Shown here in pieces: positions 59,266 to 64,000 of a stretch of DNA of 64,000 bases. Location of the stretch: contig JAURAI010000009.1 of assembly GCA_030829545.1 (NCBI GenBank), positions 1,041 through 65,040 of the forward strand. The letters are read 5' to 3'. Position 1 is the stretch's first letter. The number at the start of each line of letters is the position of its first letter. The stretch comes from Poseidonia sp. GTDB taxonomy: Archaea; Thermoplasmatota; Poseidoniia; Poseidoniales; Poseidoniaceae. Below the pieces are notes generated by a model, which had not been told where the DNA came from, ran no database searches, and was given only the letters and a program-made list of their open reading frames with translations. The position numbers and the translations under genes are program-made.

Positions 59266-61131
59266 ATGGCCGAAGGCGAACCTGCTGCCGAAACCGAGGA
59301 CAAGTCGGTTGAAGGTCGCACCCAGAGGCAGTTGAATTTCTCTGCTGGGGCGACCATTGCGGTTTCAATCGTCTTTCTATTGCTGGCAATGACCATCGGT
59401 CCGTCGGTTCAAGAAGCCATGGATAAGAATGCAAACTTCAGCGGTGAGTGGTGGGAAACGCCGCTTCGAGAACGTCATACCATGGACCTACCGATGGACA
59501 CCCTTCGAGCACAACTTCCCGTCAACGGAACCTACGAGGTATTGCCCTATGAGGAGCATTTCGTTGAAGTCGACTTGCCTGCCAGTGAACAAGATGCGGG
59601 AGTCCCCGGTGACGCCCTGATGCATGTTGCTCTCTGGTTGCCTGACGTCCCGGAAGGCACCAAGATACCCGTGATCATGACCATTCATCCCTACTACGAC
59701 TTCGGAGGAGAGGGGATTGTCGGTGACGATTCATCACCCAATACCGTGCCAGACGGCGGTGTCGGCCAATGGGTCTACGATACCTTTGTCCCCCACGGCT
59801 ATGCACTCGCTCAAGCCTCTACCTTTGGCACCGGCCAATCAACCCACTGTCAGGACGTGAAAGGTCTTGGTGAACAGACGGGTATTCAAGCAGTGGTTGA
59901 TTGGTTAGGCGAACAGAGTTGGTCCAATGGCAACGTTGGCCTGATGGGTAAATCCTACGCTGGAACAACCAATTGGGAAGCCGCTCAACAACCCTCACCT
60001 TACCTCAAAACAATCGTCCCGATTTCAGGCTCCATTGGTGTGCAGGAAATGTTCTATCGAAACGGTTCGTCAGAAAGCAGAGCCATGCTGTATGATGCGC
60101 TTTACGAAGGCGCTACGACGGATGCGGGAACTGACGACATGCGAATGTGCGCAGACGACGCCATCGGACCGCTTAATCCGTTCACAACGTGGGCAGGCGC
60201 TGAGTTTGGCGGTGCGCAATGGAACGATTACTGGGATGAGCGCCGTCATTTGCCAGATGTTCTTGAGAATTATCGCGGCTCAGTATACCTCGTATGGGGT
60301 CTGCAAGATTGGAACGTTGACCCCTATCACGCCTTCCCGACCTACCAGATGATGCGCGATGCGGGCATCAACGCCCGAGCCATCGCCGGACAGTGGGCGC
60401 ACAACTATCCTGACCAACCTGACCGTCACAGCGAATTAGGCAGCGGTTACGGTCAAGAAGCCTACCCCAACATGAGCCGAATGGATTGGGCTGTCGAACT
60501 CTATCAGTGGTTCAACTACTACCTCAAAGACATTGGAGAGGAGCCTGAGTCAATGGTGCAAATTCAAACCCACGACGGTCAGTGGCACGTGGAAGAGACC
60601 TGGCCTCCTGCCGACATGAGTTGGTTGCCCGTCGCCCTCGATGCCGCAGAAGGGGATGGTGGTACGGTCAACGCCAACAATCAGCGCTCATTCCGGCTGG
60701 CTGCACTCGAAGAACCTGCTCACATTTCTGGCATGCCAACCTTGCATCTTTCGGTTGATACCTTGACATGTCAGGGCGGTCAAATTTTTGCCACCATGTA
60801 CGCTGATGGACTGCGAATCGGACATGCAACCATGGATGTTCGCTACCGAGACGGTGGCCATGAAGCAAAGACCACCTTCCCGCTTTCGAGTTACCTGATG
60901 TTGATGGAATTCAACCCGATGGACGTCAACTTGCAAGCTGGTGCGGAAATCGAAGTCGTCCTCACAGAATCTGGAGAAGATTACCTCCCAAGTCCCTGCG
61001 CAGCCATTGGCCTCAACGTCAATCTTGACGCCTCCTCGACGCTGAGCCTTCCGCTCATCGACCGGCCCGCTGACGACGAACGCTGGTTCTTGGCCCCTCC
61101 TTGGTGGGAACAACAACCAATTCCATCCTGA
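59266..61131 (+). CDS. CocE/NonD-family hydrolase (S15 X-Pro dipeptidyl-peptidase-like), N-terminally anchored
   Basis: GTG.S, W...Q.WSNG.VG..GKSYAG nucleophile elbow, G.QD.NV and GQW.H motifs. Confidence 0.88.
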   Translation: MAEGEPAAETEDKSVEGRTQRQLNFSAGATIAVSIVFLLLAMTIGPSVQEAMDKNANFSGEWWETPLRERHTMDLPMDTLRAQLPVNGTYEVLPYEEHFVEVDLPASEQDAGVPGDALMHVALWLPDVPEGTKIPVIMTIHPYYDFGGEGIVGDDSSPNTVPDGGVGQWVYDTFVPHGYALAQASTFGTGQSTHCQDVKGLGEQTGIQAVVDWLGEQSWSNGNVGLMGKSYAGTTNWEAAQQPSPYLKTIVPISGSIGVQEMFYRNGSSESRAMLYDALYEGATTDAGTDDMRMCADDAIGPLNPFTTWAGAEFGGAQWNDYWDERRHLPDVLENYRGSVYLVWGLQDWNVDPYHAFPTYQMMRDAGINARAIAGQWAHNYPDQPDRHSELGSGYGQEAYPNMSRMDWAVELYQWFNYYLKDIGEEPESMVQIQTHDGQWHVEETWPPADMSWLPVALDAAEGDGGTVNANNQRSFRLAALEEPAHISGMPTLHLSVDTLTCQGGQIFATMYADGLRIGHATMDVRYRDGGHEAKTTFPLSSYLMLMEFNPMDVNLQAGAEIEVVLTESGEDYLPSPCAAIGLNVNLDASSTLSLPLIDRPADDERWFLAPPWWEQQPIPS

Positions 61132-61140
61132 GGGGCCCAC

Positions 61141-61479
61141 GTGCGCGTGTTGGCTTTTGAGGACACCTACGACATTGAAGCGATGCTCGTCGCAGGTGGA
61201 GTGGATGTTGAGACCATGACGCTCCAACAACGTTGGAATTCCAATGATGCTCTGCGGCACATTCGGTCGTTCAAGCCAGATGTTCTGCTTCTCGACCACT
61301 TCATGCCCCCAATGAACGGTCTTGAGGTCCTCAAGCGGTTGTTGGCTTCGGCAACTGGACGACCCGGAACCATCATCGCAATGTCAAGTGAACCTTCAAT
61401 GAATGAAGCAATGCTTCAGGCTGGAGCAGATGACGGTGTGATCAAATTTGATATTGCGACGTTGTCAATTTGGGACTGA
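61141..61479 (+). CDS. stand-alone response regulator receiver (REC) protein
   Basis: VLAFED, PDVLLLDHFMP.MNG.E, IIAMSS and AGADD.V.K motifs. Confidence 0.85.
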   Translation: MRVLAFEDTYDIEAMLVAGGVDVETMTLQQRWNSNDALRHIRSFKPDVLLLDHFMPPMNGLEVLKRLLASATGRPGTIIAMSSEPSMNEAMLQAGADDGVIKFDIATLSIWD

Positions 61480-61480
61480 T

Positions 61481-62224
61481 TCAGTCCTCGTCGTACGGCT
61501 GCCAATCATCTTGGCCTTCCTCACGATACCACCAGTAACCGTCTTCGTCCTCAAACCACTCAACGCCATTTTCGTCAATGGAGTAATTCTCGTCCTCGTA
61601 TTCCTCATCATCGGCTTCTGCCTCTGCTTCAAGTCGCGCTGCTTCAGCGGCCTTGGGGTCAACAAGTCCGGATTCTTCGGAAATACGACGCTTGGCGTCA
61701 TCAACGTCGGTTTCTGCACCACCGAAGACACGGTTGGTCGTACGAATCTCGGCCTGATGGTCACCTTGACGAATGGCATTGTCTGATTCTTCATAGAATT
61801 CATCGGTCATTCGGTCACGGAATTCTTCGAACTCATCACGGCCAAAACTACCGGTAAATTCGTCACCCTTGGCCTTCATCAAGTCATCGAGGTCAATTCG
61901 CTTCTCGCGCTTGAGTTCAGGTGCATCGGGGATGTCGCCCCCGTAAAAGGCGTCTTCTTCGGAATTTAACTTGCTGAAGACACGCCCTTCGGGGTCGGCT
62001 TCTTCAATCGCTTCGATGATCAAGTCATGCTCTTCCTCATCGATGTTTTCTTCCTCGAAAGCATCACCTGCTTGGTCCACCAAGGCTTCAAGTTGTGCAG
62101 CCAATTCTTCTTGGTCGTCTTCAAACTGGTCGACCATCTTGTCAATCTGTTTCAAGAGGCGTTCGTAAGGACTGCCAGTGATGGCTCCAAGGAAGCGACC
62201 AAAGCCACTTTTCTTCTTCGCCAT
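61481..62224 (-). CDS. very acidic hypothetical protein with Trp-rich C-terminal module
   Basis: Basic/amphipathic N-terminus, D/E-rich body, C-terminal DENGVEWFEDEDGYWWYREEGQDDWQPY; promoter motif TTTGAAGA at -30..-23. Confidence 0.75.
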   Translation of the reverse strand: MAKKKSGFGRFLGAITGSPYERLLKQIDKMVDQFEDDQEELAAQLEALVDQAGDAFEEENIDEEEHDLIIEAIEEADPEGRVFSKLNSEEDAFYGGDIPDAPELKREKRIDLDDLMKAKGDEFTGSFGRDEFEEFRDRMTDEFYEESDNAIRQGDHQAEIRTTNRVFGGAETDVDDAKRRISEESGLVDPKAAEAARLEAEAEADDEEYEDENYSIDENGVEWFEDEDGYWWYREEGQDDWQPYDED

Positions 62225-62301
62225 GAACGAGCCACGACTTTACACTTCTTCAAAGATTGTCCTCGGCGGAACCTTTTGATGGACCTCTGCCTGCCAAGAG
62301 C

Positions 62302-63048
62302 ATGGTGGAGGCATGGTTGGTCACGCTCATGCAGGGCTACAACCGTGAATCTTACGAGCAGCGAGCGGGTTATCTCGCCCAAGTCCACATGCCTGGTCAC
62401 GTCTTTCAATCCTTGATTTGGTGGGCATTGCAATCCCTTCCTGATGAAATTCTCGTGGGCATCGATATCGACGCAGACCGCCCGCATCGAGTTGAGGTAG
62501 AGCACTATTTTTCGGGTGATGAGGTCCATAACCAACTCTTCCAAGGCCAAGGCTACACAATCAAAGAGGCTCATATTGTGAACAGAGGAGACTCATACTC
62601 CGTTCACCACCTCCCTGAGGATTGGACCGACGACATGTTCTCCGCAGACCGAGGGTCACGGGCGGGTCGCTTCACCCACTGGTTGCACACTCACCCCAAT
62701 GCTCCGGCCATACCAAGCGGGCCGGATGCTGACGCTGCGCAGGAAACCACTGGCATTGACATGATTCTTGGCCTGCGCTTTTCTCCGGAGGGGTTCTTGC
62801 CTTGGTTCGATGGTGTTGAAGGGACTCGCCGAAGCATGAAGGCTCCAGAGAAGGAAAAGAAACCTCGTAAGCGCTCGTTCTTTGCAAGAAACGCCCTGCC
62901 CGTTCTCGGAAAAGCTCCCAGCGGTCACTCAATTCATGAAATCCAGTTGATTGGATTCCACAAATCCGGTGTCGGCGTGAACGTCATTTTTGTTGATGAT
63001 GCTGGCCTACCATACGGTTGGGATGAAGAACAAAACAGAATGGCCTAA
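62302..63048 (+). CDS. JAB/MPN+ (JAMM) metallo-isopeptidase domain protein
   Basis: PDE..VG upstream Glu and HTHPNAPAIPSGPD, an exact H-x-H-x7-S-x2-D motif. ATG 62302 preferred over TTG 62257 because a promoter motif lies at -27. Confidence 0.78.
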   Translation: MVEAWLVTLMQGYNRESYEQRAGYLAQVHMPGHVFQSLIWWALQSLPDEILVGIDIDADRPHRVEVEHYFSGDEVHNQLFQGQGYTIKEAHIVNRGDSYSVHHLPEDWTDDMFSADRGSRAGRFTHWLHTHPNAPAIPSGPDADAAQETTGIDMILGLRFSPEGFLPWFDGVEGTRRSMKAPEKEKKPRKRSFFARNALPVLGKAPSGHSIHEIQLIGFHKSGVGVNVIFVDDAGLPYGWDEEQNRMA

Positions 63049-63536
63049 GCCTGCATCAATGCTTCATACAAATCGCTGAGGCGGTCGGGGTTGACGCCCA
63101 AATCACTCACTCCAAGACGCGACGAGGAGTACAGCGAGACGCTGGTTGACTGCTGGTCAAGAGGAGTGAATTTGACAACGACATCATCTGGAAAACGCCA
63201 GAATGGAGTAATGGCAACTCGATGAGAAAAGTGTTCACCGTCTTCTCCAATCCGGTCGTATTCAACCTCCAATTGTTCATCGCTCGACCACGATTCAAAG
63301 GCAGCCCACAATTCGGAAACATTGGCATCCATCGTCGCCGAGAAACTCGCTTCCATTCGCACCAATCCGCCTTCACCAATCGATGCACAATTTTGAGTGC
63401 CTTCGGGACAAAACGGCAGCGTGGAGTGTTCGGGGGTTGGGGCACCCACGAGGATCCATCCCTGAACAAAGAGCCAAGGGGCGCTGAGAAGCAATGCTAC
63501 GAGTCCCAATGATTTCCAGCGTTGAGGAGTCATCAT
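63045..63536 (-). CDS. DUF1499 family protein
   Basis: N-terminal TM; LP.CP..NC.S, T....FPDDV and S.SRLG.SDLGVN..R motifs. Confidence 0.85.
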   Translation of the reverse strand: MMTPQRWKSLGLVALLLSAPWLFVQGWILVGAPTPEHSTLPFCPEGTQNCASIGEGGLVRMEASFSATMDANVSELWAAFESWSSDEQLEVEYDRIGEDGEHFSHRVAITPFWRFPDDVVVKFTPLDQQSTSVSLYSSSRLGVSDLGVNPDRLSDLYEALMQA

Positions 63537-63575
63537 CGTCAAACCTCATTTCTTCGAAGACCTTTGCAGATGAAT

Positions 63576-64000
63576 TCACAGGGTCGTTGGACCGCCTGCG
63601 GGCATGGTGGCGAGCATCGTCACGGATTCGCCACGGAGACTCGGCCCGATGTCGAAGGTCCCAAAGATGCCAATGTCGGCAAGATTGTGAGAAAGAGAAA
63701 ACCAGGTGCGTCCGTATGCATCAACGCGAATGTCGAGGAAGTCGCCCAATCCACCGCATCGATTGTAACCGCAATCGGGTTCAGTATCAATCGGGTCGTC
63801 CACGCCGTTGAGTTGTACGGTGGTTAGCAGCGGTGTTTCGTTGAAGGCATCGGTGGCATAGGTAAGATAGGCATTCCAAGTTTCGTCCTCTTCACCTGCT
63901 TCACCGACGTAGCCAAATGCTACGGTGCCTGCGTCGCCCGCTACAACGACAGGGAAACCCGTTCCAGAGAGGTTAATGGGTGGAGCGATCATGGTGGCAT
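63576..64000 (-). CDS. C-terminal part of a BNR/sialidase-like protein, paralog of 39839..41317 (runs off the window)
   Basis: AGD.G..A..Y.G, Y.T...DA....P, DP, DF.D..D..GR and GPSL motifs shared with the 39839..41317 product; frame open to the window edge. Confidence 0.75.
   Translation of the reverse strand, partial: ATMIAPPINLSGTGFPVVVAGDAGTVAFGYVGEAGEEDETWNAYLTYATDAFNETPLLTTVQLNGVDDPIDTEPDCGYNRCGGLGDFLDIRVDAYGRTWFSLSHNLADIGIFGTFDIGPSLRGESVTMLATMPAGGPTTL

Noticed and set aside
62302..63048. JAB protein as part of a CBASS or Bil anti-phage system
   Set aside because: No CD-NTase, E1/E2, ubiquitin-like or effector gene is nearby.

Overview
Gene-dense archaeal chromosome segment. Gene content points to Marine Group II Euryarchaeota (Ca. 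Poseidoniales): archaeal RqcH, TrmB, Taw2, stand-alone Lrp/RAM domains, a wHTH-STAND protein, giant TSP3/FG-GAP surface proteins and many bacterial-type genes. This taxonomy is an inference. The window holds about 47 CDS and two tRNAs (Gln-CTG, Phe-GAA); I saw no rRNA, CRISPR array, transposase or integrase. Highlights: (1) a ~10 kb divergent photoprotection cluster (SRPBCC-TIGR01777, class II photolyase, NUDIX | ribA, bcp, TrmB-V4R regulator, ABC1 kinase, crtI, crtB) with a palindromic operator beside a canonical TATA box; (2) a non-canonical TATA-like motif, TT(G/C)A(A/T/G), about 30-22 nt upstream of more than a dozen start codons; (3) an integrin-like/TSP3 surface protein next to an EF-hand/Pro-Gln/Zn-ribbon protein, plus a recurrent Trp-rich cytoplasmic mini-module; (4) a 19-bp inverted repeat bracketing the thiolase gene; (5) DtxR-type boxes and other palindromic operators. 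All product calls come from motif recognition by eye; no database searches were run.
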